From Parcubacteria group bacterium (GTDB lineage Bacteria; Patescibacteriota; Patescibacteriia; UBA1558; GWA2-36-10), in NCBI GenBank assembly GCA_003104935.1, contig PQAE01000005.1:2034-66033 (forward strand): a DNA stretch of 64,000 nucleotides, in the 5' to 3' direction. Made by a program: the position numbers and the translations under genes. How positions within the stretch are numbered: the stretch's first letter is position 1; each line of letters begins with the position of its first letter. Below, piece after piece: positions 9,300-18,553 of the stretch. Below the pieces are notes generated by a model. The model was given only the letters and a program-made list of their open reading frames with translations. It searched no databases and was not told the DNA's origin.

Positions 9300-11891
9300 C
9301 TATTGAGCAATTTCCTCAGCCTTAGCAAAACTAACCGACAACAACTCGGACACGCCATCACTACCCATGGTCACGCCATAGATAATTTTAGCCTTATGCA
9401 TAGTGGCGCGGTTATGGGTGATGGCGATAAACTGGGTCTTGCTAGATAGTTCGTCTAATATTTCTCCGAAGCGAACAGAATTGGCTTCATCCAAAGCTGC
9501 GTCAACTTCATCTAATACTACAAAGGGCGAGGGATTGTTGGCAATAATCGCACAAATCAAGGCGATGGAAGTCAAAGCTTTTTCTCCTCCGGAAAGCATA
9601 TTGATACTAGACAGCCTCTTGCCCGGTGGCGTGGCTTTAATATCAATGCCGTAGGACCGAGTAATTTTGACTTCTTTCTTTGCATTATTTTCTTCCTTTT
9701 CCTCCTCATCGTCCTCAGCCTCGCCCCCCGCCATTACACCCTCCGGCTCCAACTCCTCCCGGTTTTCAATAATATTCAGAATCAACTCGGCTTTGCCACC
9801 ACTAAAAAGCTTTTTGAAATATTTATCGAAAAGCTTGTTTATGTTTTTGAAAGCCGAATCAAATTGTCCGGCAATGGACTCGTCTAGATCCTTAATTATT
9901 TTTTCTAAGTGTTCGATGGCTTGGTGCAAATCGTCGCTCTGGCTACGTAGAAAACTGTAACGTTCGTCCACCTCTTGATACTCTACTACGACCGCCTGGT
10001 CAATACCGCCGATAATGTGCAATTGGTCTTTGAGGCTATTAATTTTTTCTTTGGCCTGGCCGCTGTCCAGAACTTGTGCTCCTTCTTTAATTAACAAATT
10101 CGGAATTTCTTCTGCTATTTCCTTGGCTAGGTCTTCCTGCCTGGTTTCCAGGCGCGCTAATTCTACTTTTACTTCGTTAAGCGCATTATTTTTTGTATTA
10201 AAGTCCTGCTGTAATTCACGAAATTTTCTTTGCGCTTCCATTAAGGCGCTTTTCTTGTTCTGTTCAACTTCATTAAAATCCTGGATTTCTTTTTCGATCT
10301 TGGCTAGCTCCGCTGTATGCACCTTGATCTGATGATTAATACCGCCCAGCTGTTCGCGAAAGCCGCTCTGAGTAGTATCGTGCTCCAAATTAACACTGAG
10401 TTTATTTAATTCGTCTTTCTCTTTATCAATGTTATTTTGGATCTGCTGACTCTCACTCTGTAGTATGGCCACCTGAGTACGCGCCTCGCTAATTTCAGAA
10501 ACCAGATTATCCTTGGCCATGAGCAAGGTATTAAACTCCTTTTGCCAGGCTATTTTATCCTTATGTTTCGAGCGATGTAATTTGTCCCCCAAAGTATCCA
10601 GTTCAGCCGTGATTTGACCGCAGGTCTCGCGCAAGCGGGGAAGTCCCTCCAGACTGGCCAGATTAGTCAAAATGTCCTGAAAACTTTTTTGTTTTTTAAG
10701 TAAGGTATCGATACTTTGCGATATTTCCGCTACGGAAAAGTCGGTCTCATCGTCGGAAAGTAATTTTTCTAAAGCCTCAAACTCTTCCAATATCTTGCGC
10801 CGTCTTTCTTCCAAAATCACCAACTCGCTACTGGCCGTCTTCAATACCTGGTTTTTTTCTTCTAGTTGGAGCTGGTACTTACCGATATCGGTTTTGACGT
10901 TTTCGATTTGCTTTTTCAGCCAAACGATGTCGCTCTTGCCCTCAGCGACCAGCTTGAGATCCGCCCGACCCTCCAAAATAGTTTTTTCTTTGATAAAGGC
11001 GTTTAATTCTTTCTGGGACTGACTTAGCTTGGCCTGTAACAAGCTGAAATTATCCTGACGGGAAGAGGATTTTTCTTCTTTGTCGAGTTGTGTCTGTAGG
11101 GAGACTAATTTTTGATTGAGGTCCGCCAGCTCCTCTTTTAATTTACTGTGCCTAGCCCGACTCAGGCCGATGTCGTAAGTTAAATTATTGCTTAAAAAAC
11201 TATAATAATCGGTTTGCAACTGACGCAATTCTGTTTCTATTTTGTCGCGACGCTCCAGGCGCTTGACCTGTCTAGTCAGACTGCGTAGACGCGGTTCCAA
11301 CTCCGTCAAAATCTGTTCAGTTTGCAACAAATTCTCCTTGGAGTGCTCTAACTTGCTGACCGACTGCTCTTTTTTGATCTGAAATTGTTTGACGCCAGTG
11401 GCCTCGTCGAAAAATTCTTTTCTTTCCGCCGAGGACGAGGTGAGGATGGAATCGATCATGCCCTGACCGATGACGCTATAGGTCTTTTGGCCGAAGTTAG
11501 CCTTGGCCAAGAGCAATTGCACATCCAGCAAGCGAACTTTATTGTTATTAATCAGATATTCGCTTTCACCGCTCCGGTTTATTTTTCTGGTAACTACTAT
11601 TTGTTCGTAGTCAACGTCGGCCAACTTATCGATGTTGTTTAAATATAAGTCAACCTGGGCAAAACCTAAGCGGGCTTTCTGATCCGAACCGGCAAAAATC
11701 ACATCTTCCGATTTTTTACCGCGTAGGGTCTTGATACTTTGCTCGCCCAGAACCCAGCGCACAGCGTCGGCAATGTTTGATTTGCCAGAACCATTAGGGC
11801 CGACGATACTAGTCAGTTCACGGTTAAAAGCCAGCTCAACCGGCCGGGCAAAGGACTTAAAACCTTGAATTTCTAAGCGTTCTAGATACAT
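9300..11891 (-). CDS. smc: SMC-family ATPase, short form
   Basis: GPNGSGKS, LSGGEK, LDEVDAALD, coiled coils. Confidence 0.93.
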   Translation of the reverse strand: MYLERLEIQGFKSFARPVELAFNRELTSIVGPNGSGKSNIADAVRWVLGEQSIKTLRGKKSEDVIFAGSDQKARLGFAQVDLYLNNIDKLADVDYEQIVVTRKINRSGESEYLINNNKVRLLDVQLLLAKANFGQKTYSVIGQGMIDSILTSSSAERKEFFDEATGVKQFQIKKEQSVSKLEHSKENLLQTEQILTELEPRLRSLTRQVKRLERRDKIETELRQLQTDYYSFLSNNLTYDIGLSRARHSKLKEELADLNQKLVSLQTQLDKEEKSSSRQDNFSLLQAKLSQSQKELNAFIKEKTILEGRADLKLVAEGKSDIVWLKKQIENVKTDIGKYQLQLEEKNQVLKTASSELVILEERRRKILEEFEALEKLLSDDETDFSVAEISQSIDTLLKKQKSFQDILTNLASLEGLPRLRETCGQITAELDTLGDKLHRSKHKDKIAWQKEFNTLLMAKDNLVSEISEARTQVAILQSESQQIQNNIDKEKDELNKLSVNLEHDTTQSGFREQLGGINHQIKVHTAELAKIEKEIQDFNEVEQNKKSALMEAQRKFRELQQDFNTKNNALNEVKVELARLETRQEDLAKEIAEEIPNLLIKEGAQVLDSGQAKEKINSLKDQLHIIGGIDQAVVVEYQEVDERYSFLRSQSDDLHQAIEHLEKIIKDLDESIAGQFDSAFKNINKLFDKYFKKLFSGGKAELILNIIENREELEPEGVMAGGEAEDDEEEKEENNAKKEVKITRSYGIDIKATPPGKRLSSINMLSGGEKALTSIALICAIIANNPSPFVVLDEVDAALDEANSVRFGEILDELSSKTQFIAITHNRATMHKAKIIYGVTMGSDGVSELLSVSFAKAEEIAQ

Positions 11892-12087
11892 ATTAAAAAA
11901 TGGTCCCGAAAGACCTATTTATTTTAGCATATTTTCTTATATTAGATAAGTAATTTGGCTTTTACGTACTATTGACAAATATTTATAAACATGCTATTAT
12001 CGTATATTATTCTTAGTTACTTCAATTTCTCGAAGACTTCCGAGTGTCGAAAAGTTCGACATTGTACCTAAAGGGGGTGTAAATAAT

Positions 12088-12345
12088 TTGAGTATCTTTT
12101 TGGTACTCCAACACGTGGGTGCCCAAGCCAAATCCTGCCTCACAAGTACAGGGGAGGTTCATCATCCCCAGGGAGGACTGGAAGGAGGAGTTGGAGGAAA
12201 TGGCCACGATACTTGCTGCCATTGTCTGGTCATCCGGCGTGAGACCTACAAAACTCGCGCCGAGGCCAATGCAAGGGCAGAGGAGCTGAACAAAGAAAAC
12301 CCCAAAGACTACTGCTGGTCTTTGGAGGTAGAATCACCGGAGTAA
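12088..12345 (+). CDS. Hypothetical 85-aa Cys/His-containing protein (islet)
   Basis: TTGACA-17-TATTAT at 11972-12000, SD-like AAAGGGGG, terminator 12358-12396. Confidence 0.55.
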   Translation: MSIFLVLQHVGAQAKSCLTSTGEVHHPQGGLEGGVGGNGHDTCCHCLVIRRETYKTRAEANARAEELNKENPKDYCWSLEVESPE

Positions 12346-12357
12346 AACCCGGCGATT

Positions 12358-12396
12358 AAAAACCCCCGCAACGTCACAGACGTTCGCGGGGGTTTT
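12358..12396. terminator. Bidirectional terminator
   Basis: AAAACCCCCGC...GCGGGGGTTTT between convergent genes. Confidence 0.7.
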
Positions 12397-12408
12397 CAAT
12401 TTATCAAA

Positions 12409-13107
12409 TTAGCTATTCCAGTGTTTAACTTTAAGGGCATTGGCCGCGGCCACACTTTGGGCCTCTTGTTTGCTATAACCATCGCCCTCGGCCACCAATT
12501 CCTTATCCAGATAAACCCCGACGGTAAATTTCTTTTTATGGTCCGGCCCAATCTCCGACAAAACCTTGTAGCGCGGAGTGACGCCGATTGTTTCCTGGGC
12601 TTTTTCCTGAAACATGCTCTTGGAATCAATATAGGTGCGCTCGGCGATTATCTTCGGCAACTGGATTAATAATTTTTTTTCTATAAAATCCTCGGCTTCG
12701 TTAAAACCGCGGTCCAAATAGATAGCACCGACGATCGCCTCAAGGGCATTAGCTAAAATATAATTACGCGCTTTCTTGTTTGAATCCTGAGATTCCCCCT
12801 TACTCATGTACATATAATCATAAACGCTCAGAGTTTCGGCTAACTGCGCCAGCCTTTCGCCGTTGACCAAAGAAGAGCGCCAGTTAGTCAGGACTCCTTC
12901 GGCTTCTTTGTATTTTTTATAGAGGTGAGTGGTGACGATGAGCTCGATCACGGCGTCGCCTAAAAACTCCAGCCTTTCGTTTTGTTCCAAGGGGAAACTC
13001 TTGTGTTCGTTCAAATAGGAACGATGCACTAGGGCCGTCCGCAACAGATCGGTATTTTTAAACCTGGTGCCTAGCTTTAGCTCTAAAACTTTCAGATCTT
13101 TTCTCAT
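12409..13107 (-). CDS. rnc: Ribonuclease III
   Basis: NERLEFLGDAV signature and C-terminal dsRBD. Confidence 0.97.
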   Translation of the reverse strand: MRKDLKVLELKLGTRFKNTDLLRTALVHRSYLNEHKSFPLEQNERLEFLGDAVIELIVTTHLYKKYKEAEGVLTNWRSSLVNGERLAQLAETLSVYDYMYMSKGESQDSNKKARNYILANALEAIVGAIYLDRGFNEAEDFIEKKLLIQLPKIIAERTYIDSKSMFQEKAQETIGVTPRYKVLSEIGPDHKKKFTVGVYLDKELVAEGDGYSKQEAQSVAAANALKVKHWNS

Positions 13108-13118
13108 GCCTGTCAAAA

Positions 13119-13985
13119 CTATTTATCAAGTCCTAATTTTTCCAAACCTTTGGCAAATATTTCCTTGGCGTTTTCATAGCCTAATTTCTCCAATACTTCC
13201 TGGCGACTAAACCAGCGTACATCCTTGAGCTCACTCGTCTGTGGCACCCGTAGTTCTTCGCTCATGGCTTTAACTAAGAAGTATTTGATCAATTTTCTAA
13301 AAGGCTTTTCATTAGGCCGGTGTACTTTAACCTCGGTTTCACCCAGATATTCTACTAATAGCATTTTTTCCAGGCCGGTTTCCTCTCGGATTTCACGCAA
13401 AGCGGCCTCTTCCGGGTTTTCCTCGCCGTCCACATGCCCTTTAGGAAAAGTCCACTTGTCATAGGCATCTAAAATTAGAACAAAATAGTAACCGTCTTCT
13501 CCCTGGCGATAAATTACGCCCCCAGCCGACACCTCTTTGATGCCCTGACTGGTGAGCGACTGTTTCTCACCCTGATTGATCATCTCTTTATAGATACTGC
13601 CCATCACGCCGTTGACAAATTTGCCGCTGGCGTCACCGCCAAACGCCTTGGCTAACTCGATAGCTTCGTTGATGGCGACTTTGGGTGGTATTTCGTCGCA
13701 CATTTTAAGCTCGTAGATGCCCAAACGCAAAACATTGCGATCGGTGGTAGTGATTTGATCTATCGGCCACTCCGGTGCAAAACGAGTAATTAGTCCGTCA
13801 ATGGTTTTAATATTTTTTATGACGTTTTTTACCAGCTCCAGTGAAAATCCCTGATCATCAAAATCCGGGGCAAATTCCTTTTTATTCTGCTCGATGATTT
13901 GTTCAATCTCTCTTTTGCCGTTATTAAAATCCCACTCATAGAGTGTCTGTAAAGCAATGGTACGAGCGAGGTGTCTATTGGCCAT
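13119..13985 (-). CDS. nusB: NusB fused to a C-terminal NUDIX hydrolase
   Basis: DRNVLRLG..VAINEAIELAK..FVNGV, then Nudix box GHVDGEENPEEAALREIREETG. Confidence 0.92.
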   Translation of the reverse strand: MANRHLARTIALQTLYEWDFNNGKREIEQIIEQNKKEFAPDFDDQGFSLELVKNVIKNIKTIDGLITRFAPEWPIDQITTTDRNVLRLGIYELKMCDEIPPKVAINEAIELAKAFGGDASGKFVNGVMGSIYKEMINQGEKQSLTSQGIKEVSAGGVIYRQGEDGYYFVLILDAYDKWTFPKGHVDGEENPEEAALREIREETGLEKMLLVEYLGETEVKVHRPNEKPFRKLIKYFLVKAMSEELRVPQTSELKDVRWFSRQEVLEKLGYENAKEIFAKGLEKLGLDK

Positions 13986-14156
13986 TTATTTTACTGTTTT
14001 TTTGCCCTTAAAATATCCGCACTTGGAGCAGGCGCGATGCGGCAGTAGTGCCTGACCGCAATTAGAACATTTTACTAGCGCCTGTTTTTTGATCGCAAAG
14101 TGCGAGGCGCGGCGGCGAGCCGAGGCTTTGGTGCGACGTTGTGTAGGTGTACCCAT
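13986..14156 (-). CDS. rpmF: 50S ribosomal protein L32 (not in the ORF track)
   Basis: MGTPTQRRTKASARRRASH...CSNCG...PHRACSKCGYFKG. Confidence 0.95.
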   Translation of the reverse strand: MGTPTQRRTKASARRRASHFAIKKQALVKCSNCGQALLPHRACSKCGYFKGKKTVK

Positions 14157-14219
14157 AATCGTAAGTAAAAATTATTAAAAATGTGCTTCTGATTTTACTG
14201 GAAATAAAATTCTCAGTCA

Positions 14220-14257
14220 ACCCTGTTAGAGAAAATAGAAATTTTCTCTAACAGGGT
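14220..14257. repeat. Perfect 17-bp-stem palindrome abutting the rpmF -35 box
   Basis: ACCCTGTTAGAGAAAAT-AGAA-ATTTTCTCTAACAGGGT, with GTCAA at both ends. Confidence 0.7.
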
Positions 14258-14354
14258 CAAGCCGTATTAATAAGTATAAAACGGTAAAAACTGTAATTAT
14301 TATACCAAAATATAGGGTCCTTGACAACCTTAAAAAAATATGATAGTATACGTG

Positions 14355-14540
14355 GTCTAAGGTAAGGGTTTAAAATCTGACAAATTCTTAGTGTTTACAG
14401 CCAACTGTGTCCACGACAAGCATGGGGATCATTTGTCTGATCAAATTCGGCTCCGGCTAAATTTTTTCAATAAATGGTTTTCTTGGGCACAGTTGATTGC
14501 AAACACTCCTGTCGTGTCAGGCGCGACAGGTTTTTTATTT
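14355..14540 (+). ncRNA. Candidate structured small RNA
   Basis: Promoter TTGACA-17-TAGTAT 14321-14349; 24-bp closing stem 14390-14413/14484-14507; terminator 14508-14540. Confidence 0.55.
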
Positions 14541-14555
14541 CCTTTTATTTTTTTA

Positions 14556-16394
14556 TTAGAGGGCGGGGGTACTGGTGCTGTTTTGCTCCAGCAATAATTC
14601 TTCTTCCGTCACTCCTAACAAACACACTTCCTGCCAGGGAACATAATGGCTATAAAAAATTTCTTCCCGCGGTTCATTTTCTCCGGGATATTGCACGGTA
14701 TAGGTAAACTTGGCATCAGCCCCGTTGTGGGCGGATTCGGTGCATTTTGTTTTACCGACCGGCAGGTCAATGGTCTTAACTATTTTCTTTTCCGGCGGAA
14801 CGACAATGTTATAAATTACCGGCTCAGTGGTCTGGGCGATCCGCCCGTCGGCTGTGCCCCAAAAATCAAAATATAATTTTGTTCCCTCGATCCTAGTTTG
14901 AATCAAAATATATTTACCAGTATCATTTTTAAATTTCAGATCCGGCCAAGGATTATAAATAGTAGCATCCATTCCCGCGGGCTCATAATAACGCACCCGG
15001 TAAGAATGATTGCGCCGCTCTAATATCGGCAGACCGCTAGCCAATGCCCCGCGGAAAACGGTAGTGCCGATCTGACAGAGCCCGCCGCCAAACTCCGGAA
15101 TCGTCTTATTTCCTTTGATGACTAATTCCTGCAAATAACCGTGTTCGCCATCCACCTCACCCAAGGCTTTTAAGAGCGAGAACTCTTCCTCCGGGGTGAT
15201 CAAAATACCGTTCAGCGTCTTGGCGCCGATCTCAATATTATGAATTCTGTTGGGCGGACTACCTTTGAAATCCGATGTGCCCGTACCCAATAGACCCACT
15301 ATCCCCAACTGATTAACATCCTGGTTTTGTAAGGTTGATTTTACGATAGTCACCGCTAAATCAATCGACAGAGGCGGATTGGCTACCTTTAGTTTTTCAA
15401 GCCGATTAATGTTTTCCGCCCAATCTAGGGACCGGCCGTCTTGGCTGGCGACAAACTCGGTGACTCGGTTATCCGCCAGCTGAAATTTAGCTTCTTGTAC
15501 TGGTTTCTCCACGACGGACTTAATATTATTTCTCTCCAAATAATCTTTAAAAGCGTCTTCCGCAAAACCAAGTAGTGGCCGGTTACTATCGGCCCTAACT
15601 ACCAGCCACTGGCGCCAAGTAGTGGCCGGCACCGTCCATTTTTGATCATTGTATAGCAGAGTCAAGTCTCCCTGACCGATAAAACTTTCTATCTGGCTCT
15701 GGAGTGACCGGATCATAGCAGCGCTGACGGTAGGATAAGCGTTTATAATTTGGACGTCAATATCGGTATTATCTAGCCTTTCAATAATTCTTTGGGTATC
15801 GTCCAGGGCTTTTTTAAAATTGATTGACTGGCCAGATTTTTCCGTATTTATTTTTAGGCTATCACCGACAAACTCAAAAGTGGCATCCTCTTCGGCAATC
15901 AAGGTATCACTAAAATTTTGTTGGAGTATTTCTGCCTGGCGGGCGCGGTGCCAGTCATAACCCAGTGGAAAGTTTTCTCCCTGAGCCAATATTTTTATTT
16001 TCTTCCAAAGAGCCATGGGGTTTTTGGTTTGTTCAAAGGATAAGATATAACCCAAGGTGCCGTCTACATCCCAACGCACTAACTCATAAGAAGCATCAGG
16101 CGAATCCACCGCCTGCAGATTTGGATTAATGGTAACAGTCTTAACCTCACTCCTATAAACAAATCCACGCCGGCGCACAAAATCCAATCGCTTGTCTATT
16201 TTGGCCTTGGCGTCTTCTAAGCTCAGGCCACTGATATCAACGCCGGCTACTCTCGTGCCGCGCAAAAACTTGTCCACATAGATACTACTGATGGCAATAT
16301 TGGACAGAAAGAAAATCAGAAGACATAGAACAAAAATGATTGTTAAATATAACAACCACTTTACTACCCTGAGTGTTTTTAGCTTAGCTAACAT
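14556..16394 (-). CDS. VanW-family protein with N-terminal TM and PG-binding domains
   Basis: NRIHNI, GGGLCQIGTTVFR, ERRNHSY, GMDATIY, DLKFKNDT. Confidence 0.9.
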   Translation of the reverse strand: MLAKLKTLRVVKWLLYLTIIFVLCLLIFFLSNIAISSIYVDKFLRGTRVAGVDISGLSLEDAKAKIDKRLDFVRRRGFVYRSEVKTVTINPNLQAVDSPDASYELVRWDVDGTLGYILSFEQTKNPMALWKKIKILAQGENFPLGYDWHRARQAEILQQNFSDTLIAEEDATFEFVGDSLKINTEKSGQSINFKKALDDTQRIIERLDNTDIDVQIINAYPTVSAAMIRSLQSQIESFIGQGDLTLLYNDQKWTVPATTWRQWLVVRADSNRPLLGFAEDAFKDYLERNNIKSVVEKPVQEAKFQLADNRVTEFVASQDGRSLDWAENINRLEKLKVANPPLSIDLAVTIVKSTLQNQDVNQLGIVGLLGTGTSDFKGSPPNRIHNIEIGAKTLNGILITPEEEFSLLKALGEVDGEHGYLQELVIKGNKTIPEFGGGLCQIGTTVFRGALASGLPILERRNHSYRVRYYEPAGMDATIYNPWPDLKFKNDTGKYILIQTRIEGTKLYFDFWGTADGRIAQTTEPVIYNIVVPPEKKIVKTIDLPVGKTKCTESAHNGADAKFTYTVQYPGENEPREEIFYSHYVPWQEVCLLGVTEEELLLEQNSTSTPAL

Positions 16395-16398
16395 CGGA

Positions 16399-16626
16399 TT
16401 ATTTATCTTTCTCTGGATTTAATAATTTGTTGAGTATCTCTTTTTTATCCTCGTCGCGAGAAACCAGCGGTTCCTGGTCCAAGGCCAGATATATCGGTTG
16501 GTGATTGTCTTCAAAATTATCCAAAAGAAAAGCGTCCACTAGTACCTCCGCGCCGTTTTCAGTTTTAAAAATCGCCTTATTGTCCTGGCGGCCGCTATAA
16601 TTTAATTTTAAATTTTTTATTATCAT
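16399..16626 (-). CDS. Hypothetical protein
   Basis: 75-aa ORF tightly packed in the operon. Confidence 0.65.
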   Translation of the reverse strand: MIIKNLKLNYSGRQDNKAIFKTENGAEVLVDAFLLDNFEDNHQPIYLALDQEPLVSRDEDKKEILNKLLNPEKDK

Positions 16627-16628
16627 CT

Positions 16629-17051
16629 TTAATTTTCATCCTTAACCTTAATATTTGACTCTTTGTGGCTCTTTATTTTAGGTAAAGTAATGGTTAGTAC
16701 GCCATTACGGATAGTCGCCTCTATCTTTTCACTATCTACCTCCACCGGTAAAATAATGGAACGGGAAAAACTGCCCCAATAACACTCCTGATAAAAATAA
16801 TCATCCTCGTGCACTCGCTTATCCTGATGTCGCTTGCCGCGAATGGTGATCATATCATTATCAAAACTGATATCAATATCCTCCGGTTCGACGCCGGCGA
16901 TAGTGGACTTGATAATCACACTTTCCCGATCCTGGTAAACATCCACGGAGAGCTGCCCTTCTTCTTCCAGATCAGTATCTTCCTCGCGTCCATTCGGCCG
17001 CAGATCTTGTTCCTCGACGAGATTAATATCTTTTTTGTTTTTGTGAGACAT
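16629..17051 (-). CDS. Hsp20/alpha-crystallin small heat-shock protein
   Basis: VDVYQ, ECYWGSFSRSIILP, NGVLTITLPK. Confidence 0.93.
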   Translation of the reverse strand: MSHKNKKDINLVEEQDLRPNGREEDTDLEEEGQLSVDVYQDRESVIIKSTIAGVEPEDIDISFDNDMITIRGKRHQDKRVHEDDYFYQECYWGSFSRSIILPVEVDSEKIEATIRNGVLTITLPKIKSHKESNIKVKDEN

Positions 17052-17203
17052 TTTCAGATTTTTTTAGTCCTTAATTACCTATATTATAGGATTTACTGGG
17101 AGATTTGTAAAGAAAAAACTAAATAAAAAAACGCCACTGAAATCTGAGGTGTTTTTTTAATGATGGATCCGTTTCCGCTGGGCAATAAAGCCTCCATGGT
17201 GAT

Positions 17204-17830
17204 TTATGATTTAGCTATTATTGATGGTAAATCGGAAAATAAATTTGTTTGTTTATCCGCTCCTGCCACTTTATTTTTAGCATAAATTATTACCGACATG
17301 CCTGCGGCTCGGGCGGCCTTAATATCATTTTCTACATCTCCAATATAAACACATTCTTGCGGTTTAGTGCTTAATTTACTAGCCGCTAAAAGCAAAGGTT
17401 CCGGGTCGGGCTTGTGCTTAATAGTGTCTTCATAAGCTATAGCTACTCTAAAATAATTTTGCAAACGAGCTAATTGAGGTGCCTCATAAACACTGGCCCT
17501 GATGCGACTGGTGACGATGCCTAATAAATAATCTTTGTGCAGAATTTTTATGATCTCTTCTGCTCCTTCTGGTAGATTTAACAAACCAACCTCATAATCA
17601 ACTTCTCGGCTCTCACCAATGTCAAAAACTCTTTTTATTTCCGCCTCAGAATTACTTTTGGTCAAGACCCTGATGGCATCATAGAGGCTCAAATGAAAAA
17701 AGCGAGGAAAATCCTCGCGACTAGGCGGCTGGTATCCCGTCTTTATCATTAAGTCTTGAAAAAATTTTAAATTCGCTTCAAAAGAATCTAACAATACTCC
17801 GTCGATGTCAAAAATAACTGCCTTAATCAT
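17204..17830 (-). CDS. HAD-family hydrolase
   Basis: FDIDGVLLDS, KPDPEP, YIGDVENDIKAA. Confidence 0.93.
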   Translation of the reverse strand: MIKAVIFDIDGVLLDSFEANLKFFQDLMIKTGYQPPSREDFPRFFHLSLYDAIRVLTKSNSEAEIKRVFDIGESREVDYEVGLLNLPEGAEEIIKILHKDYLLGIVTSRIRASVYEAPQLARLQNYFRVAIAYEDTIKHKPDPEPLLLAASKLSTKPQECVYIGDVENDIKAARAAGMSVIIYAKNKVAGADKQTNLFSDLPSIIAKS

Positions 17831-17866
17831 AATAAATATACAAAATATATAATCATTTTTTTATTA

Positions 17867-17960
17867 TGGTGGGTCCGATCCCGCCGCGGGCGGGATGACC
17901 TCTACAACCCCGTATATGGCGCTTCGCGCCACCACGGGGCACGTGTAAATGTGGTGCTCT
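17867..17960 (-). pseudogene. tRNA-Val-like 3' relic with two palindromic insertions
   Basis: Shares TGGTGGGTCCGA, TGACCTC and AATGTGGYGCTCT with the intact tRNA-Val; T-arm replaced by TCCCGCC-GCG-GGCGGGA. Confidence 0.7.
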
Positions 17961-18024
17961 CGGTACGACACCGCCACCTAAAATATTTAATTATTAAGAT
18001 AGCAGGTTCAAAATGTATCCTCGC

Positions 18025-18101
18025 TGGTGGGTCCGAGAGGAGTCGAACCTCTGACCTCCACAATGTCAATGTGGCGCTCTAACCAACTGAGCTACGAACC
18101 C
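18025..18101 (-). tRNA. tRNA-Val(GAC)
   Basis: Cloverleaf, anticodon arm CCACA-TTGACAT-TGTGG, GTTCGA, CCA end. Confidence 0.96.
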
Positions 18102-18134
18102 AGGCCCACCAATGAAAATGCTTTTTTAAAAAAA

Positions 18135-18329
18135 CTCTACAATGCTCGCCCCGTAAAATTGACTCTGAGCAAAGCGAAGAGGAAATTTATACGGAGGCAA
18201 GATAGCGCTCCCTATCCACCGAAGCTTCTAGCCGTCGCGTGGCCGCTATGGCGTAGCACGGTAGCGTAGGCGGATAACCAGCTGCCTGCCCGCCGAAGCC
18301 CGGAGGGCGTAGGAGGGAGTTACACACCC
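18135..18329 (-). pseudogene. tRNA-Val-like 5' relic split by three palindromic insertions
   Basis: Removing 18148-18198, 18211-18274 and 18285-18316 leaves GGGTGTGTAACTC(C)AGCTGGTTAGAGCGCTATCTTGA(G)CATTGTAGAG. Confidence 0.7.
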
Positions 18330-18350
18330 ACTAATTTATTTCACGCTGTA

Positions 18351-18435
18351 TGGTGGGCGGAAGAGGACTCGAACCTCCAAGCCTTGCGGCACATGGTCCT
18401 AAGCCATGCGCGTATACCAATTCCGCCATCCGCCC
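18351..18435 (-). tRNA. tRNA-Leu(TAG)
   Basis: CATGG-CTTAGGA-CCATG anticodon arm, long variable arm, CCA. Confidence 0.96.
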
Positions 18436-18498
18436 GAGAAAAAATAAAAATAACTCGCTATATTTATAACCTAAACTAACTAAAAAGTCAAAAGAAAT

Positions 18499-18525
18499 GC
18501 CCCGTCGCGTCAGACGCGACGGGGC
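18499..18525. terminator. Terminator of the shared GCGTCAGACGC family
   Basis: GCCCCGTCGCGT-CAG-ACGCGACGGGGC perfect 12-bp stem. Confidence 0.75.
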
Positions 18526-18553
18526 TCCCTATAATGCATCTTTTTTGATGCTC

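Noticed and set aside
9099-9449. 116-aa ORF as an intact gene
   Set aside because: Runs through a terminator and overlaps smc antisense; at best a remnant.
14391-14707. ORFs 14391-14597 and 14474-14707
   Set aside because: They cross a terminator and overlap the VanW gene; RNA structure explains the region better.
17867-18329. Intron-containing or split functional tRNA
   Set aside because: Inserts are too short for group I/II introns, one T-arm is lost and neither relic is complete; kept as pseudogenes.
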